NCBI GenBank assembly: GCA_029838215.1
Contig: JALGVI010000003.1
Coordinates: 1 to 64,000, forward strand
Origin: Candidatus Helarchaeota archaeon
Lineage (GTDB): Archaea; Asgardarchaeota; Lokiarchaeia; Helarchaeales; RDOG01
DNA: 64,000 bases
Direction of reading: 5' to 3'
Shown: positions 7,737-16,697 of the stretch, piece by piece
How positions within the stretch are numbered: position 1 is the stretch's first letter
How the letters are laid out: the number at the start of each line of letters is the position of its first letter
Position numbers and translations under genes: made by a program
Notes under the pieces: model-generated
What the model saw: the letters and a program-made list of their open reading frames with translations, nothing else
Databases searched by the model: none
What the model was told of the DNA's origin: nothing

Positions 7737-8963
7737 CTATTTCTGTCCCTTAAGATCTTCGGCTTTTTGTAAATATTTTTCTCGTGCTTCTTGATCTTCG
7801 ATTTTTAATGAAAGATCAGCGGCACGTTGATACAAATTAGATGCTTCTTTCTTATTTCGTGTCTTTAGTTCCATTCTTGCCTTTCTCAAGATCATGGCAC
7901 GCTTGAGAAGAAGATCCTCGATTCTTTTTTCAGGGGGCTTCTTGCCCGTGGTCAAGGAAATTCCCTTAATCCGATCTTTCAATATTATACCAAGCCCGAC
8001 AAGGAAAAACGGTATGAAAAATAGAAATAGTAACAAGGAATAGTTTTCTTGATCTGCCCCTAAATACGTAAATATGTTATACCAAAGCTTTAGATTCTCA
8101 AACGAAACTGCATGGTATGAATCTTGGGCATAGAGCCATGGATTACTCGAACTAATTGGGCTATAAAATCTCGTATTATCGCTAAACATGAAACCTGCCC
8201 CGCAAAGAACAATTCGCGAGAATGGAGAATATTCAATTCCGACTAACCAAGGGGGAGCGATTTCTCCCGAACTTTCTGTTTTTGAATATGCATGTCCTCT
8301 AGCAATTATTTTTGTTTGATCCGTGACTTGTATGGCACTTGAAAAGATCAAGACCTGTTGTATTCCTGCACCAACACGAAAATTTGAGCTACCTAAAATT
8401 GGTAAAGTAAATTCTGAAGAAGAGATTATAATCTGGTGCGAATCGTCAACGTATTGACTTGATCCTCCAAAATTAATAATGGTTTCATTCGTGAATGCAT
8501 GAGTCGAGCCCAGACTTAATGAATTTAGGATTTTATTTAATTCCGTTGGGTTGGGTCTATTTACGTTTAAATACTGTATGTTTGCCCAAGCACTGCAAAT
8601 GAGAAAAAGAGAGCCTCCACCTTGAACAAAACTTCGAATTGCAGAAAGCTCTTCTTGCGTAAAAGCATATGTCGGATCCGAAGATGGATTAGAAATGACT
8701 AATATATCGACTGTTTGTAGCGTTTGAGTGGTAATGCTGCTTGATTTTTCAAGAATTCTGACTTCAAAATCTCCTGTATCATTAAGGAGGCTGAGGGCTG
8801 AGAAGTAAGTTCCATTAGAATAACAGAAATACTGGTCGTGAGTTTCATCAAAAAGAACAACGAATTCAGAATTTTCGTTTAAAGCCTTAACAGTTATTAA
8901 AAGAAAGCTTGAACTTGCCCAAATCAGTAATAATATCGTGATTATCAAGTAACTCTTTCTCAT
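7737..8963 (-). CDS. Type I membrane protein: signal peptide, GIFT/DUF4350-like extracellular domain, TM helix, cytoplasmic MIT-like three-helix tail
   Basis: Hydrophobic N-terminus; VLFDETHDQ, DILVISNP, FTQEELSAIRSFVQGGGSL; several NxS/T sequons; TM LLLFLFFIPFFLVGLGIIL; helical tail. The track start is 8981. Confidence 0.7.
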   Translation of the reverse strand: MRKSYLIITILLLIWASSSFLLITVKALNENSEFVVLFDETHDQYFCYSNGTYFSALSLLNDTGDFEVRILEKSSSITTQTLQTVDILVISNPSSDPTYAFTQEELSAIRSFVQGGGSLFLICSAWANIQYLNVNRPNPTELNKILNSLSLGSTHAFTNETIINFGGSSQYVDDSHQIIISSSEFTLPILGSSNFRVGAGIQQVLIFSSAIQVTDQTKIIARGHAYSKTESSGEIAPPWLVGIEYSPFSRIVLCGAGFMFSDNTRFYSPISSSNPWLYAQDSYHAVSFENLKLWYNIFTYLGADQENYSLLLFLFFIPFFLVGLGIILKDRIKGISLTTGKKPPEKRIEDLLLKRAMILRKARMELKTRNKKEASNLYQRAADLSLKIEDQEAREKYLQKAEDLKGQK

Positions 8964-9214
8964 GTCTTCGCACGTGGTCAAGCAATTAGAATTCTTTTTT
9001 GAATGATTATGTAAGTTACGAGTAGATTTTGGTGGATGATAACTCCATCTTAATTTTTGCCTAATCGGTTAAAAAACAATTTGGTATTTTTATTCATGAT
9101 TTTTTGGAAGATTTCTATTCTTTTTAATGGATTTCTATTGAAAATTATAAATGCAGGTTTTGCATGAATTATTTACAGAGAAAAATTTTCGAATTTCTTT
9201 TATAGACAAGAGGA

Positions 9215-12200
9215 TTGTCCCAAAAGATGACGACAAAAATTGCAATGAGTCGAAACATAAAACTTTATTACAATCAAATCTCAAAAGAAGTTGAGAGATG
9301 TTATAAAATTGCGAACGAAGCCCGGATAAAAGGACTTGATCCAGAAACCTTCCCCGAGATTCCTAAAGCTAGTGATGTCGCATCTCGCGTGGAAGAACTC
9401 ATCGGACCAATTGGTGTCGGTGCTCGTATCAGAGAACTCTGTGAGCAGATGGATCGAGAACCTGCCGCATTTAAAATTGCTAAGGAAATTGTTAATTCCG
9501 ATACATGGACTCACGAAGATGCTCGAGAGGATCGAGCCATTCAAGCAATTAGGACTGCTTTGGGAATCCTCACTGAAGGCATTACGGCTGCACCCATTGA
9601 GGGCATCGATGATGTCAAAATCAAGAAGAATAAAGACGGCTCTGAATATTTGGTTCTTTATTATTCTGGACCAATTAGGTCTGCTGGTGGGACCACCGTT
9701 GCATTGACGGTCGTATTGGGTGATATCGTTCGCAAGGAATTGGGCCTAAGCGAGTATAAATGCCTTGAGGAAGAAGTTGAACGATATATTGAAGAAATCA
9801 ACATGCGAAAAGTAAGTTTACAATATCCCTCGACGGTTGAAGAGGTTCGTTTTGCTGCCATGCACGTGCCAATTGAAATAAATGGAAAACCGACCGTGGA
9901 AGATGAAGTCTCGGGCTTCCGAAATTTGGAACGAGTGGAAACAAACAAAGTACGCGGAGGGGCATTGCTTGTTTTAAATGATGGAATTTGTGGAAAAGCC
10001 CATAAGCTTGATAAAATTACAAAAAAGAACAAGATTGAAGGGTGGGATTGGCTCGAAGTCCTAAAATCTGGGAAGCTACGAAAGTCATCTGAAGAAAAAA
10101 ACAAAAAGGATGGACTTGCCGTTGCTCCAAAATTAAAATATTTGGAAGGTATCGTTGCAGGTCGTCCAGTCTTTTCCTATCCTTCTAAAAGAGGTGGATT
10201 TCGATTACGATATGGGCGATGCCGAAATACGGGGTTTGCTGCAGTTGGATTAAATCCTGTTACAATGTTGATAGGAACAAACGGCTTTATCGCTTCAGGG
10301 ACACAACTAATTACCGAACGCCCTGGAAAGGGATCTGTTGTCTTACCCGTGGATACAATTGAAGGTCCAATTGTAAAATTGAAAAACGAAGCCGTTGTTA
10401 AAGTTGAGTCTCTCAAACAAGCTCAAGAACTTGAAGGTCGTGTCGAAAAAGTTCTTTTCATGGGCGATATTTTAATTGGTTTTGGAGAGTTTTTGGAAAA
10501 TAATCACGTGGCATTACCATCTGGTTATTGTGAAGAATGGTGGGCTGAAGAATTACGAGTTGCCCGTGACAAATTAAAAGGAGAAATCTTGCGCGAAATT
10601 TATTCAAAAATATCTGACAAGAAATTAAAGAGATTTATTGAGGATCCTCTATATTTTAAACCAACTCCGATGGACGCATTTCAAATAAGCATCATGTTTA
10701 ACATACCTCTTCATCCTTCATACACGTATCATTGGAATGAAATTACGGTAGAAGACTTTTTGCTATTATTCGAATCACTACAAAAATGTCAAATTCAAAG
10801 AAATGACAATAAAAAGGAATTAAGAATTAAGAATGAAAGTCGGGTAAAAGACATCTTAGAAAGGTTGGGTATATCTCATGAGTTAAAGAAAGATCTTATT
10901 ATTTTTACTCAAAAAGCAGATGAAGTACTCATTAAATTATTCAAACTCGATGACAATGGGTTGGAGATACCCGATATAAAACCGAATGACGAAATTTTGG
11001 ACATTCTGACTCGGATGACAGGAATCAAAATTCGTGCCAAAGCAATGCATTACATTGGCGGCCGAATGGGCAGACCTGAAAAATCAAAGGAGCGACGAAT
11101 GAAAGCCCCCATAAATGTCTTATTTCCCATAGAAGATGCCGGGGGATCCCAAAGAAATGTCATCCATGCTATTGAGAAGAAAAAAATAGCTCAAGTGGAT
11201 CTTGTAAATAAAAGATGCCCTAAATGTGGCAAGGATACCATTTTAAATACGTGTCAAAAATGTCATGTCCGAACAAAGATTGTTTATATCTGTCCAAAAT
11301 GCCAAATAGAAGTTGAACAGGATAAATGTCCTGCTTGTGAGTCCACGTATCTTTTAGCGTATTCCAAGAAGCGAATAAATTTTAGCCAGCGAATTAACAC
11401 GCTTTTAAGAAAATTGAAGGTTCAACGTCCAAAAGTAATAAAATGTGTTCGGGGTTTGATTAATGAGGTAAAAATCCCTGAGCTTCTCGAAAAAGGAATA
11501 TTACGAGCCCGTAATAACGTGTTTGTCTATAAAGATGGAACCGTTCGATTCGATGCGACCGATGCACCTCTAACGCATTTTACGCCTAGAGAAATTAATG
11601 TCTCGATTCCGAAACTGAACGAACTGGGATATTTTGAGGATTATCAAAAGAAATCATTGTCAAGCATTGATCAAATTGTTGAAATAAAACCGCAAGACAT
11701 AATAATATCTAAAAATGGTCAGGATTATCTTACCCGCGTGGCGACTTTCATTGATGAGCTCTTAGAAAAAGTCTATGGTCTACCACCATTTTATAATATC
11801 AAGAAACCTCAGGATTTGGTCGGTCATTTGGTCTTAGGTCTGGCACCTCACATATCTGCAGGCATTGTGGGACGCATCATCGGTTTTACAAATGCCAACG
11901 TGGGGTATGCTCACCCATATTTTCACGCGGCAAAGCGGCGTAATTGTGATAGTGACGAGGATGGCATCATGCTCCTCTTGGATGCTCTGATAAATTTTTC
12001 GCGCCATTACCTTCCACCCAGCCGCGGTGGAATGATGGATGCACCCTTGATCTTGAATCTGATTGCCAATCCCGATGAAATAGATGATGAAGTCTATAAT
12101 CTCGAAGTTCACGATAGGTTTCCCTTGGAGTTCTATGAAAAAACGTTTGAGTATCCTCCACCAAAAGATCTCTTGCAACATGTTGATATCGTGGAAAAAC

Positions 12201-12724
12201 GAAAAGGTTCTATAGAACAATACGAAGGATTCAAATTCACGCATAACATTTCGAATATCAATGTCGGTCCATTACACACGCAATATAGCCAAATTAAAAA
12301 AGTATCCGATAAAATAAAGCATCAGTTAGAATTGGCCCGAAGGATACGAGCTGTGGATGTATCTGATGTCACGCTTCGAGTAATTAACACGCATTTCATT
12401 CCCGATATTTATGGTAACCTGAGAAAATTTGGAACGCAAACATTCCGTTGTAAAGATTGTAATACGATATATCGGCGCCTACCTTTAACAGGTAAGTGCG
12501 ATAAGATCCGAAACGGTGAACTCTGCAATGGTGATTTGTTGCTCACTGTATATCAAGGAAGCATTGTCAAATACTTAAATTTAGCACAATCTCTTGCAGA
12601 TAAATATGGTTTAAAGGACTATCTCGTTCAACGGCTTTCTCTCGTAGAAGATTATGTTCATTCCATTTTTGAAGATGATAGAAACAAGAAGAAACAGCGC
12701 AAGATAGAAGCTTTTTTGAGCTAA
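9215..12724 (+). CDS. polC: DNA polymerase D large subunit DP2
   Basis: GPIRSAGGT, GGFRLRYGR, GRMGRPEK, DGTVRFD, HAAKRRNCDSDED and Zn fingers; no intein. Confidence 0.97.
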   Translation: MSQKMTTKIAMSRNIKLYYNQISKEVERCYKIANEARIKGLDPETFPEIPKASDVASRVEELIGPIGVGARIRELCEQMDREPAAFKIAKEIVNSDTWTHEDAREDRAIQAIRTALGILTEGITAAPIEGIDDVKIKKNKDGSEYLVLYYSGPIRSAGGTTVALTVVLGDIVRKELGLSEYKCLEEEVERYIEEINMRKVSLQYPSTVEEVRFAAMHVPIEINGKPTVEDEVSGFRNLERVETNKVRGGALLVLNDGICGKAHKLDKITKKNKIEGWDWLEVLKSGKLRKSSEEKNKKDGLAVAPKLKYLEGIVAGRPVFSYPSKRGGFRLRYGRCRNTGFAAVGLNPVTMLIGTNGFIASGTQLITERPGKGSVVLPVDTIEGPIVKLKNEAVVKVESLKQAQELEGRVEKVLFMGDILIGFGEFLENNHVALPSGYCEEWWAEELRVARDKLKGEILREIYSKISDKKLKRFIEDPLYFKPTPMDAFQISIMFNIPLHPSYTYHWNEITVEDFLLLFESLQKCQIQRNDNKKELRIKNESRVKDILERLGISHELKKDLIIFTQKADEVLIKLFKLDDNGLEIPDIKPNDEILDILTRMTGIKIRAKAMHYIGGRMGRPEKSKERRMKAPINVLFPIEDAGGSQRNVIHAIEKKKIAQVDLVNKRCPKCGKDTILNTCQKCHVRTKIVYICPKCQIEVEQDKCPACESTYLLAYSKKRINFSQRINTLLRKLKVQRPKVIKCVRGLINEVKIPELLEKGILRARNNVFVYKDGTVRFDATDAPLTHFTPREINVSIPKLNELGYFEDYQKKSLSSIDQIVEIKPQDIIISKNGQDYLTRVATFIDELLEKVYGLPPFYNIKKPQDLVGHLVLGLAPHISAGIVGRIIGFTNANVGYAHPYFHAAKRRNCDSDEDGIMLLLDALINFSRHYLPPSRGGMMDAPLILNLIANPDEIDDEVYNLEVHDRFPLEFYEKTFEYPPPKDLLQHVDIVEKRKGSIEQYEGFKFTHNISNINVGPLHTQYSQIKKVSDKIKHQLELARRIRAVDVSDVTLRVINTHFIPDIYGNLRKFGTQTFRCKDCNTIYRRLPLTGKCDKIRNGELCNGDLLLTVYQGSIVKYLNLAQSLADKYGLKDYLVQRLSLVEDYVHSIFEDDRNKKKQRKIEAFLS

Positions 12725-12737
12725 GGATTATAATTCC

Positions 12738-13562
12738 TTATTTTAAGAGGACTTTTATTAATTCCCTATCGTGAATGATTCCGATTAGACTTTGGTCTTT
12801 TGGTTCTAATACGGGCAAGGAATTAAGGTTTTCCTTTTTCATCTTTGAAGCACAATCAGAAATTGCTTTCAGTTCGATCGTAGAAATGATCTCTTTCGTC
12901 ATGATGTCCATCACTTTTTTATCCGGCAATTTTAGAACTTGCTGTGAGATTAAAAGAGTGCTTGCAGTATCCCAATCCCACTCTTGACTTGTACCACCAC
13001 TCGTAGATTTGGAATTCTCCGTGATGACTTCGCTCACACTAAAGAGATCCGTGACAGAAATTATCCCTGTCATTTTACCGTGTGAATCTAAGACAGGTAA
13101 CGTCTGGACATTCGCAAGATTAAGAATTACCGGCACGACGGATAATGGAGTGCCCTCCCAGATAGTTGTAAAGGTTCGCGTAATATATGGTTCAATTGTT
13201 TCCTTTATTTTCATGTTTTTAATCGTTTCAATTAAATCCTCAATGGAAAAAATACCTACTAGTTTTTTCTTGTTTACAACGGGCAATCGTCTAAGATTCT
13301 TTTCAATCAGTAGTCTAACGGCTTCTTTTATATCGACTTCAGGTGTTACAGTAATTGGATTCCTTGTCATCACCATTGCCAGTTGATCCTCTGAAGGTTT
13401 TAAGATTAGGTCGTTACGCGTGACGATTCCCACAAGTTCTTCATTTTTTAAAACTGGCAACGACTTTACACCTGTTTTTGCAAAGAGTTCTAATGCAGCA
13501 TCTCGTGAATTTGGTAGGGTAATAAATTCCGGATTATCTTTCATGACTTCTTGCACGAGCAT
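12738..13562 (-). CDS. CBS domain protein (four CBS domains)
   Basis: Repeated LPV...LVGI(V/F/I) motifs and MT.NPITV. Confidence 0.9.
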   Translation of the reverse strand: MLVQEVMKDNPEFITLPNSRDAALELFAKTGVKSLPVLKNEELVGIVTRNDLILKPSEDQLAMVMTRNPITVTPEVDIKEAVRLLIEKNLRRLPVVNKKKLVGIFSIEDLIETIKNMKIKETIEPYITRTFTTIWEGTPLSVVPVILNLANVQTLPVLDSHGKMTGIISVTDLFSVSEVITENSKSTSGGTSQEWDWDTASTLLISQQVLKLPDKKVMDIMTKEIISTIELKAISDCASKMKKENLNSLPVLEPKDQSLIGIIHDRELIKVLLK

Positions 13563-13713
13563 TCTTTAGCACCTATTAAGTTCAATTAATCAATGAGAAA
13601 AATCACGGTTTAATCAAAAGAGAATAAAATGAACTTCAAATCTTTTTTTCCAAATATATTTTGTCTGGTTCTCCTTAAAATATCTATTGTTAAAAGAAAC
13701 TGAGGTTTCGAGA

Positions 13714-14016
13714 TTATTTTTCCTTACAGACACATGGATTTTGCTTACATTTTGAACATGCTTTGGGATATTTTTTTAAAGTGACATCTTCCAAATCAAT
13801 GTTTAGAATATTTGCAAGTGAACAAAGCCATGCGAAAACATCTGCCATTTCTGCTCCAATAGACTCAGTATTCTGCTGATCGCCACTTTCTTTTAAAGAA
13901 TTGGCTAATTCGCCAACCTCTTCCACGAACCACATGAAAGTCTTCCCTATCCCACGGTTTTTGTCCTTGTTGTAATAAAGATCTTTCATTAGTTTTTGAA
14001 ATTCTCTAATTTCCAT
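13714..14016 (-). CDS. MazG-like nucleotide pyrophosphohydrolase
   Basis: EEVGELA, EMADVFAWLCSLAN, C-terminal CSKC...C.C. Confidence 0.9.
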   Translation of the reverse strand: MEIREFQKLMKDLYYNKDKNRGIGKTFMWFVEEVGELANSLKESGDQQNTESIGAEMADVFAWLCSLANILNIDLEDVTLKKYPKACSKCKQNPCVCKEK

Positions 14017-14134
14017 GTTCCATCACTGATTCCATCTGTAAATAGATGAATTAATAAATCTTAAATAACAAGGTTTGATCAAATAATTTGATTTATTCTA
14101 TAAAATTCCGTTTATTAGAATTAGGTTAAAGAAA

Positions 14135-14332
14135 ATGTCCAAGAAAAAAGGTAAACGTGCACAACGGCGCTCGCGAGAAGGACCCATGCCCTTTGCTGGA
14201 GCAGGATTAATTAGGTTCTTTCAGGAAGAATCAAAAGGAATAAAGCTTGGACCATACGTTACTCTTGCCGTGTCCCTCATTCTTCTAATAGCCGTTATTG
14301 TTTCTCTTGCTCTATTCTCGACGGGAGCTTGA
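14135..14332 (+). CDS. secG: Preprotein translocase subunit Sec61beta/SecG
   Basis: Basic N-terminus, AGLIRFF.EE..GIKL.P and a single C-terminal TM. Confidence 0.9.
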   Translation: MSKKKGKRAQRRSREGPMPFAGAGLIRFFQEESKGIKLGPYVTLAVSLILLIAVIVSLALFSTGA

Positions 14333-14388
14333 GAATTATAAAAGAAATTTATTTTTAGAAAGATTAAAAGAAAGAAATTAGTTCCCAT

Positions 14389-14991
14389 TTATCTTACGGA
14401 CAATGCCATCCGTTCTTTTTCTTCTTTTCGTTTAATTGCCTTGCTCTTTGCGTCTTCTCTTGAAGCCAAGATGAGCTCATTGGCAATGATCTCTTCGATA
14501 GAAGACAAATTATTGAAACTCGATCGGAAACATCCTTCAACGAGATATTTCAGTGCTAGATCAACTCGGCGTTGAGGTGAAACGTCAACTGACTGTTGGT
14601 ACACGATTCCTCCATAGCTGATGCGGGTAGTTTCTTCACGGGGAGCACAATTTTCAACAGCACGTACTAAAATCTGAATGGGATTTTCACCTGTTTGCAA
14701 ATAAATAATTTCAAAGGACTTCCGCACGATGTTCATTGTCTTTAATTTTTGTCCCGATAATACGTTCGTCTGGCGTCCTCCTGTTTTCCGGCGAGATAAA
14801 CCCGGTGCTAAGAGCCGATTTATGAATCGCTCGAGGATGCTAACGTTTGATTTTCTAAATCTCTTATGTTCATGACGACCATGTGTGTGTGGAACTAAAC
14901 GTGCTTCTAAATTAATGTATTTTCGCAGCCCTTCGTCTCGGACCTCCACGTTTGCTGGAGACCATTTACCAAAATATGCCAATTCTTCCAT
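14389..14991 (-). CDS. rps7: 30S ribosomal protein S7 (uS7)
   Basis: PHTHGRH, ENPIQILVRAVENCAPREETTRISYGG, VDVSPQRRVD. Confidence 0.97.
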   Translation of the reverse strand: MEELAYFGKWSPANVEVRDEGLRKYINLEARLVPHTHGRHEHKRFRKSNVSILERFINRLLAPGLSRRKTGGRQTNVLSGQKLKTMNIVRKSFEIIYLQTGENPIQILVRAVENCAPREETTRISYGGIVYQQSVDVSPQRRVDLALKYLVEGCFRSSFNNLSSIEEIIANELILASREDAKSKAIKRKEEKERMALSVR

Positions 14992-15034
14992 GAATCTACC
15001 ACGCTAATGAATAAAGTTATGAAATTAAAAGATG

Positions 15035-15058
15035 ACATCATCCTTTACAGGATCACGC
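15035..15058 (-). promoter_or_regulatory. GNRA-capped hairpin in the presumed rps7 5' leader
   Basis: Minus strand GCGUGAUCCU-GUAA-AGGAUGAUGU: 10-bp stem with two G-U pairs and one G-G mismatch, about 45 nt upstream of the ATG. Confidence 0.4.
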
Positions 15059-15104
15059 CTGCTAAAGAGAGTCTTGAAGAAATTTAAAAAGATTTTGATT
15101 TTTT

Positions 15105-15126
15105 ACGTGAATCATGCCATTCACGT
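15105..15126. promoter_or_regulatory. Perfect 8-bp inverted repeat in the divergent rps7/roadblock intergenic region
   Basis: ACGTGAAT-catgcc-ATTCACGT. Confidence 0.4.
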
Positions 15127-15311
15127 GATTAGAGCAGAAAATTTCATCTTTTCAACTCTTTCAGGAATTATTCGCGAAATTCAAAACATGTAATGGTGAT
15201 GTCATGCTTGTAACATGTAAGGAGTATCCGGGTATTCTTAATAGTTATTTGCATCCCATTCGATGACAATTGTAAGCAACTATTGCCAAAATTCACCGTG
15301 AGGAAACTAAA

Positions 15312-15719
15312 ATGTCTCTTGAAAAACTTGCGAATAAATCTCGCTTGTATAATCGATTATTAAATTCCACCTTGGAAAAAATGAAGCAAGGTCATATCAT
15401 GTTGCTTGACAACGACGGATTGACAATTGCTGAAAAAAGTAAGGGAATTTCGGATCTGGATCCATCCTTTGGTGCAGCAAACCGCATGATTGCAGCAGGA
15501 GAAAAAGCCTTGGCAGAATTATCTCAATCAAGCATGATAAATCAAACACTGGAGTCTGAAAAATTCTTTCTAATGATGGGTCGCGTTAATCAGGACATTT
15601 CATACGCCATATTGGCACCGAAAAATGCAAGAGTTTCGATGGGTGTTCTTCGATTATATGCCCAACAAATCAGAAATCAAGCATCTGCAATTGATTCCTG
15701 TAAGGCGACAGGATTCTAG
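15312..15719 (+). CDS. Roadblock/LC7 (MglB/LAMTOR2-like) domain protein
   Basis: LLDNDGLTIA, GEKALAEL, YAILAP....MGVLRL roadblock pattern. Confidence 0.8.
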   Translation: MSLEKLANKSRLYNRLLNSTLEKMKQGHIMLLDNDGLTIAEKSKGISDLDPSFGAANRMIAAGEKALAELSQSSMINQTLESEKFFLMMGRVNQDISYAILAPKNARVSMGVLRLYAQQIRNQASAIDSCKATGF

Positions 15720-15750
15720 ATCCATTTTTTATCTTTTCTCTTATTCATAT

Positions 15751-16563
15751 CTATAACGGCTTCTTGCACTGAGGACAAAAAGCCGTGCTTGGTGGACTAC
15801 GGATATTGCAATGTGGACAGATTTTCCACGTTGGAAACCAATTGAAAATATTTGTAATTAACTTGTCGTTATCTGCAGCATTAAAACCTAACTTCTTATC
15901 GTTTGAAAAGATGTGTTCTCCTCCGAGCATGACAACACGTCCATTACCAAGCGAATTAATTCCTATCATGGGCACGCAGGATGGTGTTGATTCAACATTT
16001 GAGAATGCCAAGGGTTCTGCGGTCTTCGTAATTTTTATGGAAGAACATCGACTTAACACGATCTCATTCACGCCTATCGTGATGTCGTGGTCAATAAGTA
16101 AATTTAAAACAGGAGCCCATTCTTGTCCGGATACATTATTGGTTCTATCTTCCATATAATCGCCATAGGATAATCCGAACACGTTATCTAAAGCAAAGTT
16201 ATAATCCGGTTCTAAACCGACGTATTGATTGCCTATTAATAGAAGTCCTCGTCCATCACGGACAAATTGTCCGATGCTACGCAATTCGTTGGGCGTGATG
16301 ATATTTTCCCCCGATGAATTCGTTCCCATCACAAAAATATCAAATTCCTTAAGTGTAGTATATGAAATGGGACCTCTAATGAGCTTGTCTACTGTAAAGT
16401 TACTACTTGTAAGCATTAGAAGAAAAGACGAGTGATCCTCATTAACCCACTTTCCTTCTTCTTTTGTTTCATCGAATAAAACCCGTAATTTCGGACGATC
16501 ATCAAGAATGATTTCCCTTTCTTCCTTGAGGTATTTCGGTATTTTCTGTTTATGCAAGACCAC
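15751..16563 (-). CDS. Soluble GIFT/DUF4350 (IFT52 N-terminal-like) domain protein with C-terminal zinc ribbon
   Basis: VLFDETK, ELRSIGQFVRDGRGLLLIG, GNGRVVMLGGEHIFSN, DNDKLITNIFNW, then CPHC...CPQC. No signal peptide or TM. Confidence 0.7.
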   Translation of the reverse strand: MVLHKQKIPKYLKEEREIILDDRPKLRVLFDETKEEGKWVNEDHSSFLLMLTSSNFTVDKLIRGPISYTTLKEFDIFVMGTNSSGENIITPNELRSIGQFVRDGRGLLLIGNQYVGLEPDYNFALDNVFGLSYGDYMEDRTNNVSGQEWAPVLNLLIDHDITIGVNEIVLSRCSSIKITKTAEPLAFSNVESTPSCVPMIGINSLGNGRVVMLGGEHIFSNDKKLGFNAADNDKLITNIFNWFPTWKICPHCNIRSPPSTAFCPQCKKPL

Positions 16564-16697
16564 GAACTCATCTCCATTTACTCGTTTTCAAAATGATTGA
16601 TATCTTATTTAAATTTCTGTTAGTAGTAATTTTTTATTAAAAGCTCTATCATTCAAACGAGAGTTGATCATTTTTTTAAATGAAATTTTTGCTATAG

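Noticed and set aside
9281-12244. Several 60-150 aa ORFs antisense or out of frame within polC (e.g. 9661-10104, 11834-12244)
   Set aside because: They are shadows of a long conserved gene and have no recognisable motifs.
9215-12724. Intein in DP2
   Set aside because: The length and continuous motifs leave no room for one, and I see no intein signature.
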